In this document: in pieces, positions 63,791 through 64,000 of the stretch
Numbering within the stretch: the first letter of the stretch is position 1
Layout: every line of letters starts with the position of its first letter
Assembly (NCBI GenBank): GCA_016699575.1
Contig: CP064979.1
Coordinates: 2,707,982-2,771,981, forward strand
Source: Flavobacteriales bacterium
GTDB taxonomy: Bacteria > Bacteroidota > Bacteroidia > Flavobacteriales_F > PHOS-HE28
Reading direction: 5' to 3'
Length of the DNA stretch: 64,000 bases
The notes under the pieces: generated by a model
What the model was told of the DNA's origin: nothing
The model's database searches: none
The model's input: the letters and a program-made list of their open reading frames with translations, nothing else
Translations under genes and position numbers: made by a program

Positions 63791-64000
63791 CTAGTAGATG
63801 TAGAAATCGTCCGCCATCCGCTTGAAGATGGGCAGCGTCCAGCCCGCACGGATCCCGTAGAGCATGTCCTTGCGCGTGCCGGTTTCCGTGGTGCGCGTGT
63901 CGAAGTTGAAGGCCCGCAACGGCTCGGTGAACCCCAAGATCGTCTCGAACGTGATCTGGAAGTTGATGAGCCGCTTGTTGCCGATGTGCTGGTAGCCTGC
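63791..64000 (-). CDS. 3' end of an upstream gene (C-terminal fragment ...TRKDMLYGIRAGWTLPIFKRMADDFYIY*), possibly an outer-membrane protein
   Basis: Own reverse translation of 63791-64000 gives an open frame ending in a stop at 63791-63793, 8 nt before the waaA start. No family call. Confidence 0.35.
   Translation of the reverse strand, partial: AGYQHIGNKRLINFQITFETILGFTEPLRAFNFDTRTTETGTRKDMLYGIRAGWTLPIFKRMADDFYIY

Overview
High-GC (roughly 63-65%) Bacteroidota chromosomal segment, almost fully coding, with no transposase or integrase and no rRNA, tRNA or CRISPR that I can see. Assignment to Bacteroidota rests on five proteins carrying type-IX-secretion (T9SS) C-terminal sorting domains, the DUF4290-murA and TPR-DUF4292-M23 syntenies, and TonB-dependent receptors with carboxypeptidase-regulatory N-termini. 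Housekeeping genes recognised with high confidence: ahcY, a PcrB-type GGGP synthase, murA, gatA, tatA (missed by the ORF track), dut, a UvrD-family helicase, nadK, pdxJ, rfbB, waaA/kdtA, a TPR-adenylate cyclase, and a WbpA/WbpB/WbpD-like UDP-diacetamido-sugar module next to a CpsB-type PHP tyrosine phosphatase. Accessory and surface content: two TonB-dependent receptors (one behind a clear TPP riboswitch), a GH16 glucanase, five T9SS cargos, and a 3769-aa giant SprB-like adhesin (48353-59662) made of 39 tandem ~80-aa repeats with near-identical 240/480-bp DNA periodicity. The most unusual items: (i) the giant repeat adhesin with a type-B sorting tail but no PorP/SprF-like gene downstream, followed instead by an uncharacterised Cys-containing protein, and a small paralog (61447-62454) that reuses the adhesin's N-terminal domain with a type-A sorting tail; (ii) a translationally coupled ABC-ATPase (with a ~95-aa N-terminal extension) plus an 8-TM membrane protein, followed by an overlapping small-ORF/nucleotidyltransferase pair; (iii) at least four families of intergenic palindromic hairpin repeats (MITE/REP-like), one of which creates a spurious 5' extension of the M23 peptidase ORF. 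The ORF track uses alternative start codons shown as M; many long GC-shadow antisense ORFs were rejected.
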